64,000 bases of DNA, from positions 79,435 to 143,434 of the forward strand of contig JAFDGZ010000002.1 of assembly GCA_019309045.1 (NCBI GenBank), in the 5' to 3' direction. Position 1 is the stretch's first letter; every line of letters begins with the position of its first letter. This DNA is from Deltaproteobacteria bacterium (GTDB taxonomy: Bacteria > Desulfobacterota > Syntrophobacteria > BM002). The notes under the pieces are model-generated. The model searched no databases. It had not been told where the DNA came from and was given only the letters and a program-made list of their open reading frames with translations. Shown here one piece after another: positions 8,478 through 18,077 of this stretch. Made by a program: the position numbers and the translations under genes.

Positions 8478-9245
8478 TCAGTGCAGAATCTGGCTGAGAA
8501 AGAGCTTGGTTCTTTCATGCTGCGGGTGGTGAAAGAATTCTTCGGGAGTGTTTTCTTCCAGAATCTGGCCAAAATCCATAAACAGCACTCTGTGGGCAGC
8601 GCTCTTGGCAAAACCCATCTCGTGGGAGACCACTATCATGGTCATGCCCTCTCTGGCCAGATCGATCATTACGTCCAGGACCTCTTTTATCATTTCTGGA
8701 TCAAGGGCAGATGTGGGCTCATCAAAGAGCATGATCTTGGGTTTCATGCACAGGCTGCGAGCAATGGCCACGCGCTGCTGCTGTCCTCCGGAGAGCTGTC
8801 CGGGATATTTGTGGGCCTGGTCCGCAATGTGTACCTTTTCAAGAAAGTACATGGCTGTTTCTTCAGCCTCGGCCTTGGGCACCTTGCGCACCCATATGGG
8901 CCCGAGGGTCAGGTTCTCCAGGATGGTGAGGTGGGGAAAGAGGTTGAAATGTTGGAAGACCATGCCCACTTCTTCTCGTATCTTTTCAATATTTTTCAAA
9001 TCGTTGGTCAGTTCAGTGCCGTCGACAATGATACGGCCGCGCTGGTGTTCCTCCAGCCGGTTGATGCAGCGAATCAGGGTAGACTTGCCGGAGCCGGAAG
9101 GACCGCAAATAATTACCCGCTCACCCCTGTGCACAGTGAGATTGATGTCCTTCAGTACGTGAAAATCACCGAACCACTTGTGCATGCGAATGATCTGCAC
9201 CATTGGTACTGGAGCAGCCTGCTTTTCCTTCACCTCTTCGTTCAT
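8478..9245 (-). CDS. aapP: polar/general L-amino-acid ABC transporter ATP-binding protein
   Basis: Walker [10 protein letters not shown], signature [13 protein letters not shown], Walker [12 protein letters not shown], plus the [15 protein letters not shown] amino-acid-ABC N-terminus. Confidence 0.9.
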   Translation of the reverse strand: MNEEVKEKQAAPVPMVQIIRMHKWFGDFHVLKDINLTVHRGERVIICGPSGSGKSTLIRCINRLEEHQRGRIIVDGTELTNDLKNIEKIREEVGMVFQHFNLFPHLTILENLTLGPIWVRKVPKAEAEETAMYFLEKVHIADQAHKYPGQLSGGQQQRVAIARSLCMKPKIMLFDEPTSALDPEMIKEVLDVMIDLAREGMTMIVVSHEMGFAKSAAHRVLFMDFGQILEENTPEEFFHHPQHERTKLFLSQILH

Positions 9246-9324
9246 CCAAGTCTCTTTTCTTGCCTATTGGTTACTCAGAGCATGGTTCTGAGTGTACAGG
9301 AATCTCAGTGCTATTATAGCCCGA

Positions 9325-10428
9325 CTACCTCCCGGCTGAGAGCTCTCTTTCCAACTGCCTGCTGTAGTTGGACATCGAGAAGCAGCCCGCAAAGTAAATG
9401 ATGGCCACAAATATATAAGCTTCCACGCTAAAGCCCATCCAGCGAGGATCAGATAGAGTTGCCTGGGTTGTCTTGAGCAGGTCGTAGAGGGCAATAATGA
9501 CCACCAGGGAAGTGTCCTTGAAGGCAGAGATGAGGATTCCCACAGTGGGAGGGATGACGATCTTCAAAGCCTGCGGCAAGACAACCAGCCTCATTGTCTG
9601 GTAGTAATTGAGCCCAATAGATTCAGCTGCCTCGTACTGACCCCGTGGTATCGCCTGGAGCCCACCTCTGACGACCTCGGCAATATAGGCTGCGGTAAAG
9701 AGAATTATGGCAACCTGCGCCCGGAGAATCTTGTTGATGGTGATGCCCTCGGGCAGAAACAAGGGAAATATTATGGATGCCATAAAGAGGAGGCTGATGA
9801 GCGGCACACCTCGAATTGTCTCAATGTAGACAATGCAGAGACATTTGATCGCCGGCATCTTTGACTGGCGGCCAAGAGCGAGGAGCACGCCAAGTGGATA
9901 GGCCAGGGAGAGCCCAAACACCGAAAGCAGCAGGGTAAGAGGCAGGCCGCTCCATTTGGTGCTTTCGACCTTGGCGAGGCCAAAGACGCCGCCACTCATC
10001 AATACACCCATGAGGACCAGGCCAATGAGCCAGCTATAGGTCAGAGGCTTTTTCCAGTAGCGCCGGTTTCTGCTGACCACCAGGAGAAGAATCAAGATCA
10101 ACATGGCCAGCAGCGGCCGCCATTGCAAGTCGTGAGGATAGAAGCCGAAAAGAATGAACCGTATATTCTTGGTTATCACTGACCAGCAGGCGCCGCTGGC
10201 TGCATGACATTGGGCTCCAGTGGTATTCCAGCAGCTGTCGACAAAGGCCCAGCGTATGAAAGGCGGCACGATCTTCCAAAAGGAGTAGATAGTGACAATG
10301 GTGAGCAGAGAATTGAACGGCGAGCTGAAAAGATTGGCTCGCAGCCAGCCGATCACACCAATCTTGGTAACTGGTGGCTTTATGTCTTCGACAGCATGAG
10401 AAGTAGGCATGATTTTATTATCTTTCAA
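9325..10428 (-). CDS. aapM: amino-acid ABC transporter permease (AapM/BztC-like, long N-terminal extension)
   Basis: Multi-TM protein with the EAA-like motif AAESIGLNYYQTMRLVVLPQALKIVIPP. Overlaps the upstream permease by 11 nt. Confidence 0.85.
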   Translation of the reverse strand: MKDNKIMPTSHAVEDIKPPVTKIGVIGWLRANLFSSPFNSLLTIVTIYSFWKIVPPFIRWAFVDSCWNTTGAQCHAASGACWSVITKNIRFILFGFYPHDLQWRPLLAMLILILLLVVSRNRRYWKKPLTYSWLIGLVLMGVLMSGGVFGLAKVESTKWSGLPLTLLLSVFGLSLAYPLGVLLALGRQSKMPAIKCLCIVYIETIRGVPLISLLFMASIIFPLFLPEGITINKILRAQVAIILFTAAYIAEVVRGGLQAIPRGQYEAAESIGLNYYQTMRLVVLPQALKIVIPPTVGILISAFKDTSLVVIIALYDLLKTTQATLSDPRWMGFSVEAYIFVAIIYFAGCFSMSNYSRQLERELSAGR

Positions 10429-11614
10429 CTAAAGCAGCCTTCCTGTTGTACCAGTTCATGAATGCTGAGGTGGAGAGACTGAAAAAGAGATAGACGATCA
10501 TGATCAGGGCGACACCTTCAATGGCCTGCCCCGTCTGATTGATGGTGGTATTAGCCACCGAGACAAAGTCGGGAAAGCCAATAGCTACTGCAAGCGTACT
10601 GTTTTTGGTCAGATTAAGCATCTGGCTGGTAAGGGGTGGAATGATCACCCTGAGCGCCTGCGGCAAAACCACCAGCCTGAGCACCTGGGCTGGCTTCAAG
10701 CCTAGAGACATGGCAGCCTCCACCTGTCCCTTGCTTATTGCCTGAATCCCAGCGCGAACAATCTCTGCTACAAAAGCGGCAGTGTAAAGAACCAAACCCA
10801 GGAGCAGAGCAGCAAACTCGGGGCTGAGCGTTATGCCCCCCTGAAAATTGAAGCCCACCAGGGCGGGAATATCCATTTTCAGAGGAGCTCCCTGCAGCAG
10901 CCAGACTGCGAGAGGAAATAGTATTAGCATGGCAATCGACACGGTGAGGTGGGGAAACTGCTGCCCGGTTTTTTCCTGACGCTTTCTTGCCCAGCGGCGG
11001 AGCAGCCAGGCCAGGACATATGCCAGCAAAAAAGCTAGAATCATGTAACTGTATGCTGGATCTGGCTCTAGAGTTGGGAACACCAGACCGCGATTGGTGA
11101 GATACACACCTTTAAATGGGCTCAAGGCGTTGCGGGGCGAGGGAAGATTTTCGTAAAAAACAGCGTACCAGAAAAAGAGGTGGAGCAATACGGGGATGTC
11201 CTGCATGGTTTCGATGTAAACGCCTGCCAGTTTGGCAATGAGCCAGTTGCTGGAGAGGCGGGCAATACCTATGATGCTGCCAAGCAGTATTGTTAAAATG
11301 ATGCCGATGAAGGAGACCTTGACAGTATTTATCACACCTACAAGCAGAGCCCGGGCATAGGTGTCAGCTGCTGAGTAGGAAATCATGGACTCGCCGATCT
11401 CGAAGGAAGCTTGTTTCTTCAAGAAGCCAAAGCCTGTGGCAATGGCCTGTCTCTGCAGGTTGGCCACAGTATTGGAAAAGAGGTAGTAGCCCAGCAAGCC
11501 CACCATGCCCAGGACAGCACACTGATAGAGGATTGCCCGCTTGCTGGGGTCGCGCAGGAAAGGAATACGCTCTCCTGCGGCAGCTGGTGGCGAGGATGCA
11601 GTGTTTTGTGCCAT
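10418..11614 (-). CDS. aapQ: amino-acid ABC transporter permease (AapQ/BztB-like)
   Basis: Multi-TM protein with EAAMSLGLKPAQVLRLVVLPQALRVIIPPL. Confidence 0.85.
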   Translation of the reverse strand: MAQNTASSPPAAAGERIPFLRDPSKRAILYQCAVLGMVGLLGYYLFSNTVANLQRQAIATGFGFLKKQASFEIGESMISYSAADTYARALLVGVINTVKVSFIGIILTILLGSIIGIARLSSNWLIAKLAGVYIETMQDIPVLLHLFFWYAVFYENLPSPRNALSPFKGVYLTNRGLVFPTLEPDPAYSYMILAFLLAYVLAWLLRRWARKRQEKTGQQFPHLTVSIAMLILFPLAVWLLQGAPLKMDIPALVGFNFQGGITLSPEFAALLLGLVLYTAAFVAEIVRAGIQAISKGQVEAAMSLGLKPAQVLRLVVLPQALRVIIPPLTSQMLNLTKNSTLAVAIGFPDFVSVANTTINQTGQAIEGVALIMIVYLFFSLSTSAFMNWYNRKAALVER

Positions 11615-11670
11615 GCCTCTGTGCCAATAGAATAGCAGAGGTCGGCTCTCAGCTCCCCAGACCTTTCTAT

Positions 11671-11703
11671 TTCATGAATCACGCCCGGGCCGTGATTCAT
11701 GAA
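11671..11703 (-). promoter_or_regulatory. perfect 13-bp inverted repeat (TTCATGAATCACG-N7-CGTGATTCATGAA) between the binding-protein and permease genes; likely intra-operon stem-loop
   Basis: Seen directly in sequence, about 85 nt downstream of the aapJ stop. Confidence 0.45.
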
Positions 11704-11787
11704 ACACTCGGGCTACTCTCTAGGGGAGCCGATGACCGACCATCTCTTGATTCGCATGCCGAGTCCCTCGAGGACGCGGCGCAGCTA

Positions 11788-12810
11788 TTACCTGAATGGA
11801 GCGGCATACATGAGACCACCTCTGGTCCACAGGTCATTGAGGCCTCGTTTGAGGCCCAGCGGAGTGTTTACACCCACGTTGCGCTCGAAGATCTCGCCAT
11901 AATTTCCCACCTGTTTGACAATGTTATAGGCCCATTTGTCACTGAGGCCGAGATCTTTTCCCAGACCTGGAATGACACCGAGGAAACGCTGGACTTTGGG
12001 ATTCTTGCTCTTCAACATCTGGTCCACATTCTTGGAAGTGATGCCGAGCTCCTCTGCCTGAATGAGAGCCATCACAGTAAAGTTGACAATGTCGTACCAT
12101 TGATCGTCGCCGTGCCGCACCACCGGGGCCAGAGGCTCTTTGGAGATGATCTCCGGAAGCAAGACGTAATCAGCAGGGTTCGGGGCAGTGGCCCTGTGGG
12201 CAGCCAGCTGTGAAGAGTCCGAGGTCAGACAATCGCAGCGTCCAGCGAAAAAGGCCTTGGACAGCTCTGCCGTCTGTTCGATCACCACGGGCTTCCACTT
12301 CAGGCCGTTGGCCCTGAAAAAGTCTGCAGCATTGAGTTCGGTGGTGGTTCCGGGCAGGACGCATACAGTGGCGCCGCCGAGCTCTTTGGCGCTCTTCAAG
12401 CCGAGTTTCTTAGGCACCAGGAATCCCTGGCCATCGTAAAAGTTCACATGAGCGAAATTGAGGCCGTTTACTGTTTCGCGTGTCAAAGTCTGGGTGGTAT
12501 TACGGCAAAGCACATCGATTTCTTTGGATTGCAGGGCAGGCAAACGCTGCACTGCAGTCAGGGGTACGTACTTGATCTTGTTTGCATCGCCAAAAACTGC
12601 CACGGCAATCGCCCGGGCAGTATCCACGTCGAGACCTCGCCACACACCCTTCTCATCGGGCATACTGAAGCCGAATACTCCACCGTTGACCCCGGCAATG
12701 AGGTATCCTCTCGCCTTTACCGCATCCAGAGTCTCACCTGCCTGAGCCATGGTTGCAGTGAAGACAAGGGCGACAGCCACCAACAATACAGCCAATTTTG
12801 CTAGTTTCAT
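11788..12810 (-). CDS. aapJ: amino-acid ABC transporter periplasmic substrate-binding protein
   Basis: Signal peptide MKLAKLAVLLVAVALVFTATMAQA; family 3 SBP-like sequence of 340 aa; first gene of a four-gene ABC operon. Confidence 0.9.
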   Translation of the reverse strand: MKLAKLAVLLVAVALVFTATMAQAGETLDAVKARGYLIAGVNGGVFGFSMPDEKGVWRGLDVDTARAIAVAVFGDANKIKYVPLTAVQRLPALQSKEIDVLCRNTTQTLTRETVNGLNFAHVNFYDGQGFLVPKKLGLKSAKELGGATVCVLPGTTTELNAADFFRANGLKWKPVVIEQTAELSKAFFAGRCDCLTSDSSQLAAHRATAPNPADYVLLPEIISKEPLAPVVRHGDDQWYDIVNFTVMALIQAEELGITSKNVDQMLKSKNPKVQRFLGVIPGLGKDLGLSDKWAYNIVKQVGNYGEIFERNVGVNTPLGLKRGLNDLWTRGGLMYAAPFR

Positions 12811-13149
12811 AGGTTCCTCCTCTCTTCTCCAGGTTAATTGTCAGGGATTACTCGCAAGCAATCCGCCACAATGTCGAGGCAGAAAGCCTCTGGCATTAGT
12901 TGCCCTCGTAGATCCTGTCTTTTCTAAAGCAAGGCAAGGTTCCTTGGCTTTCATTGGTGCTGGCGGGTTGTCCTGATTTCTTTCCCAGTCAGATGCCTGA
13001 CATGGAAGAAGACTAACTCCGTAAAGGTGTCAACAGCTGCCTGGTGATGTTTCTCTGGTTCAGCCGCATGGTTGCCGACCAACCTGGGCAGAAATCTACT
13101 ATATTTGCCTGCCACTGTCAATGTGGGCACGGTTGCAAGGCTCGGCTCA

Positions 13150-14049
13150 CTATTCCACGATGTGGTGCGCACTGCAGGCGGTTTTCCTGTTGGTCAAAAA
13201 GAGGCCGCTGCTCACCAGCACCAGACCGAGCAGCAGAGAAAGATCGATTGTCTCTTTGAGCAGCAGCCAGGCGAGAAGAACTGCGCTTACAGGGACAATA
13301 TTTATAAAGACGGCGGCCCGCGAGGCGCCGATCATCTGAATGCCTTCATAGTACCACCAGAATCCAAGTGCTGAGCCAAAAAAGCCCAGATAGAAGATGC
13401 TCATCCAGGCCTGCAAGGAGCAGTGAGTAACAGTGTAGGAAAGGTTTTCCAACAAGGCTGGATAACTAAGGGCGACAGCGCCAATCAGACAGGAATAGGT
13501 AACAGCAATCATTGGCGCCAGGTTCTTCATAATGACCTTGCCAACAAGTGAGTATGCCGTCCAGCTGAAGACACAGCCTATGATATAGACCTCTCCCCAA
13601 CCCATAGAGCCCCTGAAGATTTCCAGCGGGTTCCCCCGAGAGATCACCACCACAGCACCCAACACACAAAAGAGGATGCCGAAGAGCGTCGACACATAGA
13701 GTTTTTCTTTGAAAAAAAATGCAGAGCAAAGAGCAATGAGTACGGGGTTGCTGGCGATTATCAGGGATGCCCTGCTGGCAGTAACAGTCTTGAGTCCAGA
13801 GAAGAACAGAGCATTGTAGCTGAAAACCCCGGTGAGGCCCAGGAGCACGGCGAGGAGCAGCTCCCTTCTTTTTAATAAGGGGAGTCTGCCTTCGTGCCTG
13901 CTTACCAGAAGGCACAGAAATATTGAGGCCAACAGGAAGCGAAGAAAGGCTGCTGAAAAGGGTCCCATTTCCTGAGCAAGCACCCTGCCGGCTACAAATG
14001 TGCCCCCCCAGAAAATAGCAGTCAGAACCAGTTTTATGTAAACGAGCAT
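13150..14049 (-). CDS. DMT superfamily (EamA-like) transporter
   Basis: 10-TM protein with two EamA repeats (LTAIFWGGTFVAGR...). ATG at 14049 chosen over the longer ORF. Confidence 0.8.
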   Translation of the reverse strand: MLVYIKLVLTAIFWGGTFVAGRVLAQEMGPFSAAFLRFLLASIFLCLLVSRHEGRLPLLKRRELLLAVLLGLTGVFSYNALFFSGLKTVTASRASLIIASNPVLIALCSAFFFKEKLYVSTLFGILFCVLGAVVVISRGNPLEIFRGSMGWGEVYIIGCVFSWTAYSLVGKVIMKNLAPMIAVTYSCLIGAVALSYPALLENLSYTVTHCSLQAWMSIFYLGFFGSALGFWWYYEGIQMIGASRAAVFINIVPVSAVLLAWLLLKETIDLSLLLGLVLVSSGLFLTNRKTACSAHHIVE

Positions 14050-14309
14050 GAAGCACTCGCTGAGGAGTGTCGGCGTATGACAGCCGCTGTGCAGATTGGC
14101 GCCAGGTACTCGACAGTCGAATTTGAGCAAGATAGATTACTGTCAGACGCCGGTCACTTCCCGAGCCAAACATGCAAGATGCAAAGACCCATTGGGGCAG
14201 CTCACTGTCATGGACGCTCTGCGTGCACGGAGACTATCTGCCGGCGCCAATCCCTCTGCAGGCAATGTAGACTATTGCAGTGCCGTCTGGTAGGCAATTG
14301 AAAATGTGC

Positions 14310-14495
14310 CTATTTTTTCGGAATACAATCCTCCCGGAAAAGGCAATTATCCTGGTCACAGAAATCAACTGCTGTGCCGAAACAGTCAAAATTTCCCTCA
14401 GCCTTTTGAATCGACTTGATCAGTTCCGCTTTGCGCAGTTTGCGGGGTTTGAGGCCAAGGCGTTGCGCCATGACACGCAGCTCTTTCACTGTCAT
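14310..14495 (-). CDS. small Rho-N (SAP-like) domain protein with C-terminal 4-Cys motif
   Basis: MTVKELRVMAQRLGLKPRKLRKAELIKSIQ matches the Rho termination factor N-terminal helical motif. C-terminus is CFGTAVDFCDQDNCLFREDC. Confidence 0.5.
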   Translation of the reverse strand: MTVKELRVMAQRLGLKPRKLRKAELIKSIQKAEGNFDCFGTAVDFCDQDNCLFREDCIPKK

Positions 14496-14670
14496 TGTTC
14501 ACTCCTTCTATATGGTGCATCTTTTTGTCAACTGTGGCTGCGACATACTACTGCTTCCCTGCAAACTGTCAAGAGATTTTCAGGAGCCTGCCCTATTTTG
14601 CTGTGCAGCAGATGGGCGAATTCTATGCAAATGACTGAGCTTGAAAAGGCCGCGCCAGGGAGGGCTGATG

Positions 14671-15312
14671 CTAGATGTAGTCGACGAGCTCTTTGCGAAC
14701 CGCATAGCGGACCAGTTCGGCGGTGTTCTTGCAGCCGAGTTTAGTGCGAATGTTAGTTCTATGAGTATCAACCGTCCTCAGACTTATGTTGAGAATTTCG
14801 CTGATTTCCTTCCTGCTCCTGCCCTCGGCGATTAATTTGAGCACTTTCTTTTCGCGTTTGGAAAGTCCTGGCAGGGATCGCCTGCGCGAATTGAGGTAGC
14901 GCCTTATCTGCTGTTCACTCAAGGTGGGGCTTATGAATTGTTCGCCCTTCTGTACTGCTTCAAGAGCAGTAAAGAGGCATTGCGCGTCTGTATCTTTTAC
15001 CAGGTAGCCTGCTCCACCGGCGGCGAAGAAATGGGCGGCAAACGCCTCCTCCTTATGCATAGTAAGGGCGATGATGCGTATGTCTTCGAATTCACTTCGA
15101 AGTCGGCGAGTGGCTTCTATGCCGTTCATATCCGGCATTGACAGGTCCAGTATTACGATGTCGGGGCAACACTCCCTGATTTGCTCGAGAGCCTCCAGGC
15201 AGCTGTCCGACCGACCCACAACCACGTATTGAGGCCGGGTTTCCAGGAGCACCTGCAGGGCCTCGGTAAAAATGCCATGGTCGTCAACGAGAAAAACAGA
15301 TGTACGGTTCAT
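14671..15312 (-). CDS. response regulator, NarL/LuxR family (REC + LuxR HTH)
   Basis: REC domain motifs VFLVDDH, DIVILDLSMPDMNG, IIALT. C-terminal LuxR HTH LSKREKKVLKLIAEGRSRKEISEILNISLRTVDTHR. Confidence 0.85.
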   Translation of the reverse strand: MNRTSVFLVDDHGIFTEALQVLLETRPQYVVVGRSDSCLEALEQIRECCPDIVILDLSMPDMNGIEATRRLRSEFEDIRIIALTMHKEEAFAAHFFAAGGAGYLVKDTDAQCLFTALEAVQKGEQFISPTLSEQQIRRYLNSRRRSLPGLSKREKKVLKLIAEGRSRKEISEILNISLRTVDTHRTNIRTKLGCKNTAELVRYAVRKELVDYI

Positions 15313-15538
15313 GCGGTGCCTGTTCTCCTCATGCGTGCCGCGATACTTTGTTGGCCTTGTGGCGTCTAACAATGGAACGGCGCTTGATGCCAAGAGCGCT
15401 GCTTGCCTCCAGACGTTGGAAGAACAATGGCTAGGGCGAGGGGCAAAACAGGAGATTTTACCCCTTGAAAATCAGTCTGGTCAGAAAGAAAGTTGCCAGC
15501 ATTGCTTACTGCCGGCCAGCTGCGAGAAAAGCACCCTG

Positions 15539-15982
15539 TCAGGCAAACTTGGCGCAGACACCCTTGCCGTAGTCTTGACAGGCACGGATGCCTTCCATGT
15601 CCTCCACAAGATGCTCCTTGAGATTGAAGGAGCCGAGACTGGACATGTTCATCTTGAAGACATATTCCATGGTGTCGAAGATGAGGCTCGGGGCGTCACC
15701 ACTATGAGTGTACGATCCGAAAGCTCCCCCCGCCTTTCCCTGTAGACCTGCTTTCTGGGCCAGGAAAAGAAAAGTTTTCATACCGTTGGTCATGTCACGG
15801 TGGTAGGTAGGACAGCCGAAGATGTAAGCGTCATAGCCTTGCAGTTCCTTGTCGCTCTTGATTTCGGATATCTTCTTGAGTTCTGCTTCATGGCCGCTCA
15901 TGCGCACGCCTTCTGCAATGTGTTCTGCCATTTTCTTTGTGTGGCCTGTTCTGCTGTCATAAGCAATTAACACCTTTTTCAT
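15539..15982 (-). CDS. flavodoxin-like fold protein (FMN-binding, NAD(P)H-dependent reductase-like)
   Basis: MKKVLIAYDSRTGHTKKMAEHIAEG resembles the flavodoxin FMN loop (S/T-x-T-G-x-T). Confidence 0.7.
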   Translation of the reverse strand: MKKVLIAYDSRTGHTKKMAEHIAEGVRMSGHEAELKKISEIKSDKELQGYDAYIFGCPTYHRDMTNGMKTFLFLAQKAGLQGKAGGAFGSYTHSGDAPSLIFDTMEYVFKMNMSSLGSFNLKEHLVEDMEGIRACQDYGKGVCAKFA

Positions 15983-16161
15983 AAAAAACCTCCTCTGCAT
16001 CAAGTTGAACTGGAATGTACGCTCGCCTCTAACATGGTCACAAAAAAATCATTTTATAAAAGTAACAGTGATTGGTGCAAATCCTCCATTTTCTAGAGAA
16101 ATGATCACCATCTTGGGAGCCACCCTCAGCAACCCTCAAACCATTCTTGCTTTCATATGTC

Positions 16162-16628
16162 TTCTCAGCCCAACAGGTTGAAAGATCTTGTCAGTAATGA
16201 CTCGACAGCCGCCTTCGCTTCGGCAACCGTCTGTACCAGAGCAATCGCACAATCTATGTTGAAGATGGCGTCTGGGATACTCGATCCGGCGGGTGCCATA
16301 GCTCCCGTCAGCATCATAGTCCCACCCACAATTCCTGGAGAGCCTTGGCGGTTTCTATTATAGTGTCTCTGCCATAAGTGACAAGGATTTTCTTCCCGGC
16401 AATCTTCTCGGCGGTATCACCAATCAGCAAAGTCAACCACAGGCTGTTATTCTGGAGAATGGCTGCCACCATGTGCTTCTGAGCGTCTGTTGTCACTTGC
16501 AGAATTCTTCCTGCCTGCGGCGCACATGCCTGATAGTCGCTGTTGACGTCCAGGCAGACTTCAGCGCTTGTACTGTACCAGGTGAAGATCCTGATTTTCT
16601 TAGAACCACTGCCTTGAAACAGCGGCGC
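16162..16628 (-). pseudogene. possible degraded or frameshifted gene downstream of the MBL hydrolase (two abutting coding-like frames)
   Basis: Frame 1 (16628-16314) reads ...KKIRIF...KKILVTYGRDTIIETAKALQELWVGL*. A second frame (16311-16162) continues MMLTGAMAPAGSSIPDAIFNIDCAIALVQTVAEAKAAVESLL. Neither has a proper ATG or RBS; the junction lies in a CCCACCC run. Confidence 0.2.
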
Positions 16629-17312
16629 TCAAAGTTCCAGAGACTCTCCAGGTTTCAGGACGGTGGTCTTTATGGAAGTCTCCTGTTCGACTCGCTCTTT
16701 CCAGGCTACGGGGTCCTGTCTGATCATTTCAAAGGTGTCGTAATGGATGGGCAGCACCTGTTTGGGCTGAATCAGCTTGACGGCACGCAGGGCGTCCTCG
16801 GGACCCATGGTAAAGTTGTCCCCAATAGGCAAGACAGCCAGGTCAATACCCTCTTCACCTATAAGTTTCATGTCGTAGAACAGACCGGTGTCACAGGCGT
16901 GATAGATTTTCTTGCCTTCCACATAAAAGAGAAAACCGCAAGGATTTCCTCCATAGGAGCCGTCTGGAAGAGCGGAGCCATGCTGAGCAATAGTCAGTTT
17001 CAGACGGCCCCATGGGTAGTCAAAAGCGCCACCAATGTGTTGCGGATGGACATTATCGACACCCTGCTTGAGCAGCCAATCGTGAATCTCGAAATTGGCA
17101 ACTACCTTGGCGCCAGTGCGCTTGGCAATTTGAATAGTGTCACCCAGATGGTCGCCGTGACCGTGGGAGACAAAGATGTAATCCGCAGGGATTTGCTCGG
17201 GATCCACAGGCGCCAGGGGATTGCCGCTGATGAAAGGGTCAACCAGGAGACTGGTACCATTGGTTTCAATCAGGAGACAGGCGTGGCTATACCAGGTAAC
17301 CTTGATGCTCAT
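16629..17312 (-). CDS. MBL-fold metallo-hydrolase
   Basis: HGHGDHLGD metal-binding motif and the WYSHACLLIE N-terminal beta strand. RBS GGAGG before ATG 17312. Confidence 0.85.
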   Translation of the reverse strand: MSIKVTWYSHACLLIETNGTSLLVDPFISGNPLAPVDPEQIPADYIFVSHGHGDHLGDTIQIAKRTGAKVVANFEIHDWLLKQGVDNVHPQHIGGAFDYPWGRLKLTIAQHGSALPDGSYGGNPCGFLFYVEGKKIYHACDTGLFYDMKLIGEEGIDLAVLPIGDNFTMGPEDALRAVKLIQPKQVLPIHYDTFEMIRQDPVAWKERVEQETSIKTTVLKPGESLEL

Positions 17313-17469
17313 AGGAACCTCCTTGTTGGATGTTGACATACCTTCTGTCAGATGAACCAAGAGAGTCTTATGCTACACACCTTAAACACTACAGGGCCAA
17401 ATGGCAACAAACTGGCGCAACCCGGCTCTGGGCTTGAGGGCTCTGCTTCCCCAGGAAATGACGCTCAGC

Positions 17470-18039
17470 CTAGAAAGTAACCTTGGGTGCCTTTGCAGCT
17501 CCGGCCTCCGCTTCGAAAAGAGGCATGCGGGAGAAGCCGAACATTGAAGCAAACAAGTTCGTGGGAAATCTCCTGATGGCTGTATTGTATTCCTGCACTG
17601 CCAGATTGTAGCGTCTGCGTTCCACACTGATTCGATTTTCGGTGCCTTCCAGTTGATCCTGCAAACGCAGGAAGTTCTGGTTAGACTTCAACTCGGGATA
17701 ACGCTCCACCACTACCATCAGGCGTGAAAGCAGTGCATCTATGCCCCGGGCTGCCTTCTGGGCCCCGGCAATGTTGCCAGTCGCTCGTGCTTCGCCCCAC
17801 TGGCTGCGAAGACGGGTAACCTCGGTGAGAACATCGCGCTCCTGTTTGGCAAATCCTTTAACCGTCTCCACCAGGTTGGGGATGAGATCGAATCTTCGCT
17901 GATACTGGTTTTCTACCTGGGACCAGGCCGTCTTGGCTGCCTCCTGCTTGGCAACGAGAGAATTGTAAGTGCCCATACCCATCAAGATGGGAATTACAAT
18001 AAGTGCTGCCAGCACGAGCAAAGGGAGCCATTTTTTCAT
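17470..18039 (-). CDS. LemA family protein
   Basis: N-terminal TM segment followed by the LemA core (NSLVAKQEAAKTAWSQVENQYQRRFDLIPNLVETVKG...). Confidence 0.9.
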   Translation of the reverse strand: MKKWLPLLVLAALIVIPILMGMGTYNSLVAKQEAAKTAWSQVENQYQRRFDLIPNLVETVKGFAKQERDVLTEVTRLRSQWGEARATGNIAGAQKAARGIDALLSRLMVVVERYPELKSNQNFLRLQDQLEGTENRISVERRRYNLAVQEYNTAIRRFPTNLFASMFGFSRMPLFEAEAGAAKAPKVTF

Positions 18040-18077
18040 CGCAGTCCTCCTGCTGTGGGTTCTGAAGGTGTGTCCGG

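Noticed and set aside
8481-9401. 306-aa and 204-aa plus-strand ORFs
   Set aside because: They are antisense to the ABC ATPase gene with its Walker A, signature and Walker B motifs. They are shadow ORFs.
16629-16631. UGA stop of the MBL hydrolase as a possible selenocysteine codon (the frame continues about 100 codons)
   Set aside because: MBL hydrolases are not known selenoproteins. No SECIS-like hairpin follows. The downstream sequence is more simply explained as a decayed gene or an indel.
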